Shown here: positions 24,001 to 39,000 of the stretch, one piece after another | Layout of the letters: each line of letters begins with the position of its first letter | Numbering within the stretch: position 1 is the first letter of the stretch | Assembly (NCBI RefSeq): GCF_963921235.1 | Contig: NC_086097.1 | Coordinates: 210,182,001-210,246,000 of the forward strand | Length of the DNA: 64,000 nt | Direction: 5' to 3' | Source: Mobula hypostoma | Taxonomy: Eukaryota | The notes under the pieces: generated by a model | Seen by the model: the letters and a program-made list of their open reading frames with translations, nothing else | What the model was told of the DNA's origin: nothing | Databases searched by the model: none | Program-made: the position numbers and the translations under genes

Positions 24001-27000
24001 ATAACTTGGAAGTATGCATCACATGATACCTGATCCTTTTCTTCAAGCAGTTTTGCAGATTGTTCTTCAGATAAGACTCTACTCTTGTACAATTCTTGAT
24101 ATCTCCTCAACTCTGAAGAAAAATGTGCTTTTTAGTCCTTTTTTTGCATAATTTTGACCCAAATATCTAGTTATACACTGTATAATTATAAAACAAATTA
24201 AAATTAATGTGAAATGCTAAACAAAAAAGTCCAGATTAATGTCCATGAAGCACAATATATTGAAAAGTGGCACCAGAGAACTTTGTGATCAATGATGTCT
24301 TGCAAACAGTTCGCAAACTACTTCTTTTACTTCTTCTTTAAAATATGATTCCACTACTAAGCAGCGTGTGATTGGAACCTGTAAGGTGGTGTGCTTTTGG
24401 GGCGATTGAGCAATCTGGCACTTTGCTGTGTCTAAGGGAGTTTGGTGAGTGCGCAGCCTGGAAGCCCAGACATGGGACTCAAGCCCATGATTGACTCCAT
24501 TGCTTCTTTCCAATGAGGGTGAGAATGGAAGATGGGTGGGTGTTAGGCACTGTCTTCCATTCCCTCACACTAGCTCCTGTCAGAGGAACATGCAGGAGCC
24601 TCGGGCTGCATTCTGCAAGGATTGATTGGTGAGGCTGTGGACTCACTTTGGGGAACTTTGAGGTCCATAGTGCATATATTTCTAGATTCAGGTTACTTTT
24701 CTTTTTGCTGTTTTTCAGTGGTTTGATCGGGGAAGTTTATGGGGACTGGGGCACCTTCATGCAAAGAATGGCTCTGTGTCCAGTGGGTTAGTGGCATGGC
24801 ACCAAACTGAATACTACTGGACTCCTGGTTTGATGTTTAATATCCTATGTGTTCTTCACTCGCTTTTTGCCATTTGCACATTGAGTGTTCGATATTTTCT
24901 TGAATGGGTTCCACAGTGTTTCTTTGCTTCATGGTTACCTGTAAGAGGACAAATCTCAGAGCTGTATTCTGTTTCCATACTTTGATATAAGCGCACTCAA
25001 TCTTTGAATCAGACGCACTCATTTACTACTCCTAAAAAGTTGAATTTTAAAAGTTTACTAACAAATTTCATTGCAAGCAATACTTATATACACATATACA
25101 ATACATATACACATGTAGAAGACAAGAACAGTATGTCAGAAGGCCGTTTCTGGATTTCTGTTTCCCACTCAATACTAACTGACCCACAGACCTTGGTGAA
25201 TGAACTCCTACTCCTCAGTCTAAATATAACACTGTGCAACTGGGTGTTGGACTTCCTAACCAACAAACCTCAGACAGTCAGAATGCACAACTGCTCCTTC
25301 CTCCCCATCATCCTCAACACAGGCTCCCCCCAGGGCTGTGTGCTGAGCCCATTGCTGTACACTCTGCTCACGCTCGACTGCACGGCCAAACACCTGAGAA
25401 ATCACATTGTCAAGTTCACCAAAGCCACGACAGTGGTGGGGCTCATCACCAACAATGATGAGATGCCAACAGAGAGGATGTAGAAGTGCTCGAGGTCTAA
25501 TGTCAGGCAAGTAGCCTCTTCCTCAATAAAACCACAAGAGATAGTCATTGACATCAGGAGAACTTGAACTCACACTCTCTTTAAATCAGCTGCACAGCAG
25601 TGGAAACTACAAGCAGTTTCAAACTTCTGGGAGCACACATCTCATACACACAAACTCTCAGGGTTCCAGGACACATTCTTTGTAATCAAGAAACCTCACC
25701 AATGTGCCTACTTTCTGAGGAGGCTGAAGGGAGCTGGACTATGCACATTAATATTCACATCCTTCTATAGATGCACAGTAGAGAGCATCCTAGCAACCAG
25801 CATCACTGCATGGTATGGAAACTGCATGATGGCAGACAGCAAGGATCTACAATGGGTGTTCAAAACTGCTGAACACATCACCAACACCAGCCTATCTGGA
25901 TTAAAGATGTGTGTATATATTTATGTACAGAGAGAGAGAGAGAAATTGGCTTTATTTCTTACACCCTTCACATACATGAGTAAAAATCTTAATGTTATAT
26001 CTCCATCTAAATGTGCAATCCTAACAATTTATAATAATTTATAATAAATAGACCAGTCAATGTAATATAGAGTACACTCAAATCAGTGTGAGTTCATCAA
26101 TCTGATGGCTTGGTGGAAGAAGCTGTCCCGAAACCTGTTGGTCCTGGCTTTTATGCTGCAGGACCGCTTCCCCGAAGGTAGCAGCTGGAATAGATTGTGG
26201 TTGGGATGGTTTGGGTCCCCAGTGATCCTACGGGCCCTTTTTACACCCCTGTCCTTGTAAATGTCCTGAATCATGGGAAGGTCACAACCACAGATGCGCT
26301 GGGCTGTCCACACCACTCTCTGCAGAGTCCTGCGATTAAGGGAGGTACAGTTCCCATAGAGAAAGTTGCTGGAAAAAGGCCAGCAACATCATAAAGCATC
26401 CAACCCACTCTGCTCATGAACTGTTTGTCACGTTCCATCATGAAGCCCCCTCCCTCACAACTACTTTATCGATTCCTGTCACAGTCACATTATGTACAGA
26501 CACTTCACTTTATGGACATTACAATCTATGTATATAAGCTATCTTATGCATTTATGCTTATTGTGACTTTATTTAATTATTGCACTCTTTATCACAGTGG
26601 GCTTGGTTTTTGTGCTGCGTTGGATCTGAAGTAACAACTAGATTGCTCTCATTTACACTTCTGCACTGCAAATGACATTAAACAATCTTAAATTGTGCTA
26701 ATACGTCAATCAAATCATTTGATTTCTCTAACTTTGGTTAACATTTAAGGGGTAAATATTCCTTTAAAATAGAAAAGTATGACCAAATAGGATAAAAAGT
26801 TCTTTGAACTATTTCATTTCCAGTACTAATCATGTTGGGATTGAAGAGCCATTTGAAGTCTAGAGCCATAGAATTAATGAACCTTTATTCAGTACAAATG
26901 TACTGGGGAGATTGGATGGAAGATTCTCTGACAATCAACGGTAGTACAAAAAGGTGATTGATAGACGATGAAATGTGACTATAATCTCTTTTGATAAACT

Positions 27001-30000
27001 TGGTGACCAGCTGAGACCTCCCATGGCCTATGCACAAACTTAAAATAGAAAGCACTTGTGTTTCAATGGATGGCATTTACCATAAAATATCCTATGGCTC
27101 CAATGCCTGACTGTTGTTTCTGTTACTGAAGGTTGCTATCAACCATTTGATACAATCCATATTTATCCTGATTTCATCAATCTGTAGTGGCTTACTGATT
27201 CAATACACCTCCCAGGGAATGGGAGTCCATCTAACATTCCATATCATGTTTCTCAATGCGGCGACATTACCTTTCCTGTACAATTGGCTGCCCATGTCAG
27301 AATGCCTCATGGTCATGTCTCAACTGTCTCAATAACGGACAAATCATTTTACCTATATACCTTAAGGAACCAACCAGTCTGTCTCTGAACATATAGGCTG
27401 ACCATTTTTTGACAACTTATGTCAGCTGAGTGGCTGTCTGCTGAGCTCCATATTCATTTACCACTTTGCCATTCATGCCCATTTTATTCATCAATGACAA
27501 ACCACAGTACTGAACTGCTAAAGACTCATTCAAAACACCCTAATCCAAACTCAAATTCTGAACAGACAATGAAATTATTTTGCAGAGCTTTCAAGTAAAA
27601 ATATATACAGTAAACAAAATCACAACCACTGCTTTACCTTCAAGTTCAAAGTAAATTTATCAACGTGAATACATGTCACCATATACAACCATGAGACAAT
27701 AAACTGTGCAAATACAAAAAGAAATAGAAATATTAATAATAAAATAAGCAATAAATATCAAGAACATGAGGTGAAGAGTCCTTGAAAGCGAGTCCATTGG
27801 TTGTGGGAACATTTCAATGAAGGGGCGAGTGAAATTATCCTCTTTGGTTCAAGAGCCTGATGGTTGAGGGGTAATAACTGTTCCTGAACCTGGTGGTGAG
27901 AGGCCGCAGGACGTCCTGGGTGGTGGGGGTCCTTGATGACAGATGCGGCTTTCCTGCAACAGCATTTTACATAGATGTGCTCAATGCTGAGGAGCGCTTT
28001 ACCTATGATTGACAGGACCGTATCCTCCACCTTTAGCAGGATTTCCATTCAAGGGCATTAGTGTTTCCATACCAGGCTGTGATGCAGCCAGTGAATACAC
28101 TCCCCACTTGTCAAAGTTTTAGATGTCATGCCAAACCTTTGCTAATTCCTAAGGAAGTAGAGGCGGTGGTGAGCTTTCTTCTCAATTGCACTTACGAACA
28201 GGTCCTCTGAAATAATAACATCTAAGAATTTAAAGTTGCTGACCCTCTCCACCTCTGATTCCCCTGATGAGGACTGAGTCATGGACCTCTGCTTTCCTTC
28301 TTCTGAAGTCAATAATCAGCTCCTTGGTCTTGCTGATGTTGAGTGAGAGGTTGTTGTTCTGACACCACTCAGCCAGATTTTCAATCTCCCCCCTATAAGC
28401 TGCTTCATCACCATGTCAGCAAACTTGAATACGACGTTGGAGTTGTGTTTAGCCACACAGTTATAAGTGTAAAGCGAGTAGAGCAGAGGGAGACGCACAC
28501 AGCCTCGCGGTGCACCTGTGCCAATGGAGATTGTTGAGGAAGTGTTGTTGCCAAGTATTCAGCACTTTTTACAAGTAATTACGCAGTGATACCACCCCTA
28601 CACTGGAAGTGGTTTCTAGACTAACACTTTTCATACAAATTACACTGTTTGTGAAATAGTTAAGAATAGATGAGGGTTATTACAAATACTGTGGCTATAA
28701 ATAAGCTGTCATATGGTTATCTGTATCATTTCTGAACCCTTTTCCACAAACAGTAAAACAATGATGCCACAAGTACGATGACATTCCTAGAATTGCAACA
28801 ATCAGCCTTGTGTATGAAAAAGGATGCTAAAATTTTATGACACCCACTTTAAAGAAACATGCATAACAAGCAAATGGAATGAACTCATGGAAGTGAAAAT
28901 TTATAGTTATTTACAAGATAATAATTTGAAATAAGGTACACATAGTCTAAAGGTGTGCACTCTTTCTTTGGTCATGACATTCTTTCAACAAACTTACTTC
29001 ACCCTGAAACTTCCTGGGGGAAAAAAAATCATTTATCATGGTAGGAAATCTCAAATTTTATTTTCATATTTGAAAACTTGCAAATTAACTTGTAAGTTTT
29101 CAGATATGAAAATAAAATACCATTCTACTGCTCTGCTTGAGAAAGCAACTTGTGTTGTCATTTTGAGAAATAATACCACTGAATTTTTATTTATCATACT
29201 GGGAAATTTCAAATTGTAATGGAGGATTATATATAGAGTCCTAGAGCACTACAGCACAGAAACAGGCCCTTTGGCCCATCTAGACCATGCTGAATCTTGA
29301 ATATAGCAGCTACTTTCTGCATACACATCAAATGAATTAATAAGGCAGCATATAATTTATAATAGTGGCTAAGAAGAGAATCATAAAACAAAGGAAAACC
29401 AAAAGCTACAGAAAATTGAGTAAGGGATAAACAAGCAAAGAAAAGCAGCTCTGAAATGTTACTGTATGTGAAACTGTGCAATACATGAAAACAGTACATT
29501 ATATTCAGACTCATGAAAATTGGGTAAACGTGTTTATTAAGTTAGAAAAGTATTAGGATTTGTGTATCACCATATAATACCCTACCAAAAACAATAAAAA
29601 ATGCTCCAGATCTAGTAGGTGTAACACTTACCCTTGCCATTTGTAAGAGCTTCTAATTGAAGGTTCTGTAGCCGAAGGTGCATTTTCGAAACTTCTTCTT
29701 TGAACCATGCCAACTCCTCCAGAAGGCCTGTTGTATTTTCAGCAGTGGCAGATTGGTTCTGGTATTTGCTTAATGCCTCTTCAAGCTCCTTCACTTTCAA
29801 GTCCGCATCCTTGAGAAAGGCAGAAATAGTGAAAGGTATTTAGTTAAATTTAGACTGCTAATCAACGTCTATTAACAGTAGTTAGCATTTTGCAAAGCAA
29901 CATATTTTTGGATTTCATAATGCAAACATCCCAAAATCTCAAGTTTGGTTTACTGGGTACATTTTTAACTTGTTCACAGAACAGTCACAGACACTCTAAA

Positions 30001-33000
30001 TATTTAAAAATGAGATACAAAAGCTGCAGAGGATTCATCCATGCTCAATGACTTCTATCAGCAGAGGTAATCAAAGCTTCATTCAGCAATTGTCATCTAT
30101 TTACAAATCCCTCCACGACCTCACCTCATCCTTCCCCATTTCACCATCTCTCCAGCCAGTACCTCAATGCATCCATGTTCCTGACTATTCCCGAATGGAC
30201 TCTCCTCACCATTTGCTGTGAATACAATAGCTGTCAAAGTTGAGCACGGAAAATTTCCTCACTAAAAGTCTTTGCCTCCCTCCAGGTTTCCAAATCTGCC
30301 TAAATCTTTGATTATATGCCCTAGAATCCCACTGAAAGAAGACTGCAAGGTTAAAAGCAAGCACCCAGAGACACTGCCTTCTATCGAAGCTGACAGTTAG
30401 GATCCAAGTTCAGTTCCACTTTTGTCTGTTACAAGACCACGACCACATCAGGGGCCAGACCTCTGTACTATGTGGTCCTAAGAGGCCAAGATGATGTCTA
30501 AATCTTGGTACCATATACCAGGGTTGAGAAGACAAGCGAGGGTTGAGCATAATCCATTACAAGGTGCTGAAACTATACTCCCGCAGCCCAAAATTATCTA
30601 GACTGGAAGACAGTTCACCCTGTGCTCAACAATTCAGCACCATTCATTTTATTAGAATAGCAAAAGGCTGCAACGCATCTTGCCTTGAAAATTACCATTG
30701 TCTTGTGCTGCTCAGCAGTGAACTCTTCTTTTGAAACAAATTTATCCTTAACATCTTCCATAGCGCACTTGTATGCATGCCGCCTAATTGATTCCTTATA
30801 CATATGGAGGTTACTGTCCAATTGTTCTTCATAAATCTCCTTTAGTTCTTCAAATCGCTCACTGCAATGTTTAAATAAGTTGTCAACATCTATAAATTTT
30901 ATTCAGCAGATGATTTCCAAACCAGATAAAATCCTGAGATGGTAAAGTTTAATAGAGAGAAAATACAAGTCAAACGAGAGATACAAGAAATTCTGCAGAG
31001 GCCTGAGTAATACACATAAAATGCTGAATCAGTCCTGGTGAAGGGTCTTGGCTGAACATGTCGACCATTCCTTCCCTTCCATAAACGCTTTCTAACTTGC
31101 TGAGTTCCTCCAGCATTTTGTGTGTGTGATGCATTAAATGAAATATCTTTAACATCGGAACAGGCCCTTTGGCCCACGGGGTTTAAGTAGCTTTTGGAAG
31201 ACTGTTTTAAAATGGCAAGGCCAATTAAGATCTCGATCTTGGGCTTTAAAAGCTGAGAGGTAGAGACATTATTCCAGGAATGAATGGTTAAAGAGCAACG
31301 GTTCCCTATTAAGAGACTTACATTTCCTCTCCAACACCATGCAAGAAAGCAAAAGGAGCAGATAAATCATAGAAGCGTATTTAGGCCATTTGGCCCATTA
31401 AGTCTACTTCTCCATTCCATCATGGTTGATTTATAATTCCCCTGAACCCAATTCTCCTAGCTGCTCCCAATAACCTTTGATACCCTCACTAATCAAAAAT
31501 CTAACAAGCTTGGCTTTAAATATATCCAAGCAACACACACAAAATGCTAGAGGAACTCAGCAGGCCAGGCAGCATCTAGGAAAAGAGAACAGTTGACGTT
31601 TTGGGCCAAAATTCTTTCCCTAAATACTGCTTGGCCTGCTAAGTTCCTCCAGCATTTTGTGTGTGTTGCTCAGATTTCTAGTATCTGCAGATTTTCTTGT
31701 TTGTTTTTAAATATACCCAATGACTTGGCCTCCACAGTCATCTGTGGTAATAAATCCCACAGATTCACCACCCTCTGACTAAAACACCCTCAGTCCTGTC
31801 GAAGGGTTTTGGCCCAAAACTGACTGTACTTTTCTTCCATAGATTCTCCTTGGCCAGCTGAGTTCCTTGGATTTCCAGCTTCTGCAGATTTTCTCTTGTT
31901 TGTGACTCCCTGGCTAAAGAAATTTCTCCTCATCTCTGTTCTAAATGGATGTCCCTCTATTCTCAGCCTGTGCCCTCTGGTCCTGGAATCCCCCACTAAA
32001 GGAAACATCCTCTCCACATCCACCACATCTAGACCTTTCAATACCTTTCAACAAGAACCCCCCTCATTCTTCTAAACTCCAATGTGTACAGGCCCAGAAC
32101 CATGAAATGCTCTTCATATGTTAACCTTTTCATTTCTAGAATCATTCTCATGAACTTCCTCTGGGCCCTCTCCAATGCTAGTCCATCTTTTCTTAGATAA
32201 GGGGCACCAAATTGCTCACAATACACCAAACGTGGTCTGACCAAAGCCTCAGCATTACATCATCCTTATTCCAATATTCTAGACCTCGCAAAATGAATGC
32301 TACATTGCATTTGCCTTCCTTACCACCGATTCAACCTCCAAGTTAATATTCAGGGAATCTTACATGAGGACTCCAAGTCCATTTACACCTCTGATTTTTG
32401 AACTTATTCCAAGTTTAGAAAATCTACCAAAGAGCATCATCATACACCTCCCTGCAGTACATTCTATCTGGCACTTCTTTGCCCATTCACCCAACCTGTT
32501 TAACACCTTCTACAGACTCCCTGCTTCCTCAACACTACCTGCTCTTCCCCTCCACCTATTTTTGTATTGTCCACAAACTTGGCCACAATGCCATCAATTT
32601 CATCAGCCAAATTATTGACATATAAAGTGAGATGAACTGGTCCCAACGCCAACCCCTGCAGAACAGCACTAGTCACCGTCAGCTACCAGAGAAGGTCCCC
32701 TTAATTCCAATTCTTTGGCTGACAGGCAGGAAGCATTAATTTGTCCATGCAAGTATCTTTCCTGTAATACGATGGGCTCTTATCTTATCAGGCAGCCTCA
32801 TGTCTGGAACCTTGTCTGAAAATCTAAGTAAACAACATCCACTGACTCTCCTTTGTATATCCTGCTTGTTATTTCCTCAAGGAATTCCAAAAGGTTTGTT
32901 AAACAAGATTTCTCCTAAAGAAAATCATGTGGACTTTGGCCTATTTTATCGTGTGCCAAGTACCCTGAAACCTCGTTCTTAAGAATGGACTCCAACATCT

Positions 33001-36000
33001 TCCCAACCACTGAAGTCAGGCTAACTGGCCTATAATACATTTTATTCTGCCTCCCTACCTTCTTAATGAGTGGTGTGACATTTGTAATTATCCAGTCCTC
33101 CAGAGCTATTCCAGATCGAGTGATTCGTGTAAGGTCTTTACCAAATCCTCTACAATCTTTTAGTACCCTGGGGTGTAGCCCATCTGGTCCCTTTCAGCTC
33201 CTTAGTAATAGCAGCTACACTCACTTCTTCCCCCTGATGCTCTTGGATTTCTGGCATACTGCTGGTGTCTTCTATAGTGAAAATTGATGCAAAATGTTTA
33301 CTTTGTCCCCCAATACTACCACTCTAGCGTCATTTTCCAACAGTCATATATCCACTCTCCTTTAATGTTTATATATCTGAAAAAAAATTTGGTATCCTCT
33401 TTTATATTTTTGCCTTCATATATCATCTCTCTTACTATGGCTCTTTTAGTAGCCTTCTGTGGGTTTCTAAAAGTTTCCCAATTGTCTAACTTTCCACTAT
33501 TTTTTGCTACCTTACATACCCTCTCTTTTGCTTTTATGCTGTCTTTGGCTTCCTTGTCAGCCACGGCTGTGTCATCCTGCTGTCAGAATACTACTTCAGC
33601 TTTGGGATGCATCTATTACATACATTTTGAATTGCTCCCAGCCATTGTTGTTCTTCTGTAATCGCTCCCAGCATCTCCTTCCAGTCATCTTTGGCCAGCT
33701 CCTCTCTCATGCCTCCAATTCCTTTTTCTCCACTGTAATATTGATACATCAAACTTTAGTTTCTCCCCCTCAACCTGCAGGGTGAACTCTGTCATATTTT
33801 GATCACTGCCTCCCAAACTCCCTAATCCAATCTGGCTCATTACACAACACCAAATTTCCCCTAGTGACTCAACCATAAGCTGCTCTAAAAAGGCATCTGT
33901 AGGCATCTACAAATTCCTTCTCTTGTGATCCAGCACCAACCTGCATATTAAATTCCCCCATAACTATTGCAACATTGCCCTTTTTTACATGCCTTTCTAT
34001 CTCCAGTTTTAATTTGTTTCCCACATCCTGGCTATTGTTCAGAGAGCTGTATATAGCTCCCACCATGGTCTTCTTACCCTTTCAGTTTCTTAATATTATC
34101 CACAAAGATTCTATACCTTCTGATCCTATGTCACCTCTTTGTAAGGATTTGATTTCTTTTTTTAAAAGCAACAGAGCCATCTCAACCCCTCTGCCTACCT
34201 GCCTATCCTTTCGATGCAATCTGTATCCTTGAATGTTAAGTTCCCAACTACAAACTTCTTTCAGCCATGACCCAGTGATGCTCACATCATACCTACAAGA
34301 TCATCTAACCTTATTCCATTTATTGTGTGTATTCAAACATAACACCTTCAGTCCTGTATTCATCATCCTTTACACTTTTGCTCCTATGTTACACTTCAAC
34401 TCATCCCATTGACTGTAATTTTGCCCTATTATCTGTCTGTTTTTCCTCGCAATCTCACTACATGCCACATCTCCTTGCATGCCAATTGCCCCATCCTCAG
34501 CCCTATCACTCTAGTTCCCGTGCCCCCGCCAAATAAGTTTAAACCCTCCCCAACAGTTCTAACAAACATGCACATGAGGATATTGGTCCTTCTTGAGTTT
34601 AAGTGGAAACTTTCCTCCTTGTACGGGTCATACCTGCCCCAGAAGACGTCCCGGTGATCCAGAAATCCGAAACCCTGCTCTGCTCCCTGCATCAATTTCT
34701 CAGTTACACATTCATCTTCCAAATCATCCTATTCTTAACCTCACTGGCATGTGGCACAGGCAGCAATCCAGAGGTTACTACCCTGGAGTTCCTATTTTCC
34801 CATTTTCTACCTAACTCCCTACATTCGCTCTTCAGGACCTCCTCCCTTTTCCTTTCTACTGTATATTATTAGTACTATTATGTACCATGACTTCTGGCTG
34901 CTCTCCTTTCCATTTAGAATGCTGTGCTTCTCATTTTCAAATGCCAGCAAGCTCCATGCTGGTTCAGTTCACTTCCACCAGAACCATACACTTTTATTTC
35001 CCTGGATTGAAATATAATGAGTCTCTCTGGTGTCCTTTACATCTCAAGTCCTCTAAATCAGAGGTTTTCAAAACTGCCATTAACAGCCAGATTCCTTCAA
35101 TGAGCAATGGCTAGGGGTGTTTTGAACATGTCCATTGGACAGCACACAAATTTAGATGCAAGTCCTCACTAAATTGGCATTGGGAGTGCCCTATGAACCA
35201 TAAGATGTGTCACATTTTAGCATATATTGTCTTGTCCTATCGTAGCACTCAGCACTGAATAGCAAATCAACCAATTATTTTAGACACATCCAAATAAAGT
35301 CAACATTTATTGTTCATCCCCAATTATCAGGAGTAGTGGTACAACTGGTAAGTAGCTGTAATAGCAGCGGTAGTAATAGTTATAGTAGTAATAATAGATT
35401 TGGATTCAGAATAGAAGAAAAATGGTGGTGAGCAACATTCCTGACTCTGTGTTAGTTGATGGTGAAGATACAGTGTCAAGTACGGACAGCAAGGATTTAA
35501 ACTCAGCAAAGGAATGGCAAGATATTTTTCCAGAGTGCAACTTGAAAGAGAACAGTGAGTTGATATTCCAATATCAAGTTGCTACCTTTGTACTAATTGC
35601 ACAAATGAAAAAGGGTAGAACTACACCAGTGATTGCTTCCTTCATTGTAACTCAATGTGGTGGCACTGATGTGGCACTGCTATCCTAAGTTTCATAATCA
35701 GAAAAATACAGCACCAGAGACCAAAGTTCAATCCTAACCTCAGCTGATGCCTGTGTGGAGTTTGTACCATACTCCCTGTGACCATGTGGGTTTCCTCCTA
35801 CATACCAAAGTAAAGACTGATGATATCAAGTGGAATTTTCAATGTACTGCATTAGCAAGGAACACATTTAATCAAGTCACTGTTCTTCATGTGCATGTGG
35901 TAGAATCTGTAATATCAAGCGAAGCAGTATAGCAGAAATATCCCCTTTTCAAAGCCAATACTTCACCTTGACAGAGATGATCTTTCTGGCTGTTTATTTG

Positions 36001-39000
36001 TAAACTCGTGTTTTGCACAAATAGGCCTACACTTCAGCAGTAACTAGTAAACAGTTAGAATATGGAAATTGTTACGCTATTTTTTGCCATTTAAAATAAA
36101 GCAATCCTCTAGCTTGTGTGCACTGAGAGCCCAGTTTTCAGGTACTTTAAAGTTACTGTATACAAAAGGCTTCCATTGCAAGATTTATCAGTCACACCAG
36201 GCAGTAGCAACAAGAAATAGTCAGCGATACCACCAAAATAAGCAACAATGATAGTTTTTTAATATCAGTTGATGACTTATTTCAAAACTGTTATTTAAAA
36301 ATTTAAATAATGAATGAGCAAACCCAGGCAGTTGAGTATCTTTGAATAACTTTCATTCTCTGGTAGCACTACATGGACAAATTATAACTTTATCAATGGA
36401 ATATCGCTTCAGTATCTGTGTTATCCACATCAACTTAACAATTGGAGTATCTAAACATTTATCCCATAAAATCTTTGAAAAAAATCAAAATATTAATTTC
36501 GAAGTCTAAACAACAATCACATCAATGAATATTTACACAGCTACAGATTATTGTTTGATAATTATTGGCTTTGCCATGATCAAGTTGCTTAATAGGCCAG
36601 TGCTGCCTACAAACTGAATGTAGTCAGATACTAAAACCAATAACGTGCACCATTAATGTATAATTCATAGTATCGACCTAACTTTAACCTATCCTTGAAC
36701 AACAAAATACAAATGCCAGTGAGGGGCACAACTTTCTCAAAGAACTTTGGTTTTAAGGTTAATAAATTCATAGAGAATGCAGAAGTGCCTATTTCTCTAA
36801 AATTTCCAACTCCACATTATACAAAACTTCTACGGACTTTCTAGTTAAAGAGTTACAATCTTGGCTATGGAGAGCTTCAGAAATATCCACATAATTATAA
36901 ATTGACAAAGAAATCTGAGCATCACACAGCAACATTAACTTGTTCATCTCAAATTGCAATGTGAAGTTACCTCCAAACTTCTTCTGTATGGAGTAGTTGC
37001 TGAAACATGGCATCTCCCATTTCATTACGAACCTGCATTTCCAAAACCAGTTTCTGTTGTCTTTCAGCAATCAATTTGTGCCTTAGGTTTTCTATCATAC
37101 TCAATAATTCCTGGAAAAAAAAAGAGAAAACAACAAATCAGAACGGAAGTTGAAAATCAGCCAAGTAGGGCAGATAAAGATGTGGATAAATAAACAAATT
37201 ATGGTTGATAAGGTTGGCAAGTTGCAGGCACCAGCAGCCATCTGGGAAGCCTGATAATGTGAAGCTCAGATGGAATTTCATCCTGCAGAGTAATAAGGGA
37301 AGTACAATGAAAAATGGTGTCAAAATGGTAGTTATAATGTGTCTAGTGTGATAGTGAAGTGGGTAGTGGTTATTGCTCTCACTTTAAGTTTCCACTGCTG
37401 ACTAGCAGTCTTGTGAAAATGAGAACTGAATGTGTAAGTCTCTCCCTGCCAGTACATACTCCCTGTGACCACGTGGGTTTCCTCTTACATCCCAAAGTAA
37501 AGCCTCACGTACTGCGAGCTCGCTGACGACACATAGAAACTGAACTCCTTTCGGATTCAGGCTGAACTACAGAGGACAGGGACGAGGTATGGCCCTTGCA
37601 CACGTAACATGCAGGTGGACACACCCTAGTGCTTGTGAACTATATCCCCAGCTATGGGTACATAGTCTCTTTCGAGGCTGCCCACAAGGCAGTGGGGCTA
37701 AGGCCACAGTAGTAAATCCAGACAGCAAATCCAGAGTGAAGCCCCTATGGTGGCTGGACGTCATTGAACATCCTCCCAGCAGCTCCTGCAGCAAAGCTGA
37801 TGCCAAACGTATTGCTTCAAAAGTTTTCCTTTGGTTTACACTGGCAAGGCCGAGAGGGGGATCTTGACACCTGGACATCTCAGGATCTCCATACCTTCAG
37901 CCCAGACATGTGATGATGATCATCGTCACCTATTGTCCTTCAATCAGACAGATGCCAACCAACCACAATGAAAAATGCAAACAGTTTGCCATAAATTGTT
38001 CAATCCTCGTTGGGAAGAATTTCCAGTTAATTAGGCAATAGCAAGTGCAAAACATTTGTTCCAAAAATGATGCAGGCCCAAAATCGATATTCACCTGGTC
38101 CAGGTGAGATGCACCCTGGGAAAGCGAGCAAGGAAACTGCAGATGTCTTGTCCATAATCTTGAAACTCTCTTAAGCTTAGAGTGGTGCAAAATATGAGCA
38201 AAGGGTGTAAGAATACAATCAATAAATGCAAACCAATCATCTTAACCTCACAGGTAGGGCAGGTGGTAGAAACAATAAACAGGGACTAAAATAACTGTAA
38301 ATTGCACAGATGTGTATTGATTAAATAAAGCCTTAATGGATTCATTAAAGACAAGGGTTTAGGATCTGGAGTGCACCGCAGCAGGTATTAAAAGCATCAA
38401 ATTAGATTAAGTATTCAAAAAGGAGCTGTAATAAGCATGTTAAATGGAAGCATTTTCAAAGTTATGAGAGAAAGGGCAAAAGAGTAAGGCTGTCAGGATT
38501 GCTCCTATCTAAAGCTAGTTAGGACACAAAGAGTCACAATGGTTGTTCAAAATCCATCAGCTCCATCCAGGGCTATTCAATTGCAAACATACCCATTCCA
38601 TAGACTTTCGATCCTGCTCATCTCAGACTAACAAAAAACAGGGACTACAGCTGTGACACACAAACCTGAAATGGAGCATCAGAAAAAAAAATGTTAATAT
38701 TACTTCATGGGCAAAGGTGGTGAGGTCCAGATCTTCATTTTCCTCCTCCTTGTCATCTTTAATTAGATCTTCAGAACAACCATTTTTGGCAGCGAGTGAT
38801 TCCCCAAGATCAGTGCACACCATCATACTGCCGTCGTTTCCACCCAAGTGATCAGCAAGTTGCAGTTTAAATTTTGGGTGAATAATTTGAATTATCTGAA
38901 AAAACAAAGAAAAGGGTTTTTTTTTTTAAGGTGACAGTGACTATTTTTCACAACCTCTTGTTATTGGCAAGAGTGATCACTGTACTCAATCTATTGTCAT

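Larger units (their letters stand above)
31365..34920 (-). mobile_element. Long decayed CR1 LINE (ORF1 esterase-like region, ORF2, tail)
   Basis: FLDHRDVFWGRYDPYK..FHLN (34429-34722), SWELNIQGYRLHRKDRQ, IVMGEFN, VRPRLVYCEQFGAPYL, RRNFFSQ. Confidence 0.9.

Noticed and set aside
26883..27027. Possible extra or poison kinesin exon (phase-1 acceptor, GHGRSQL...CTE*)
   Set aside because: In-frame stop, weak donor (GTTCAT), no coiled-coil character; exons 15 and 16 already join in frame.
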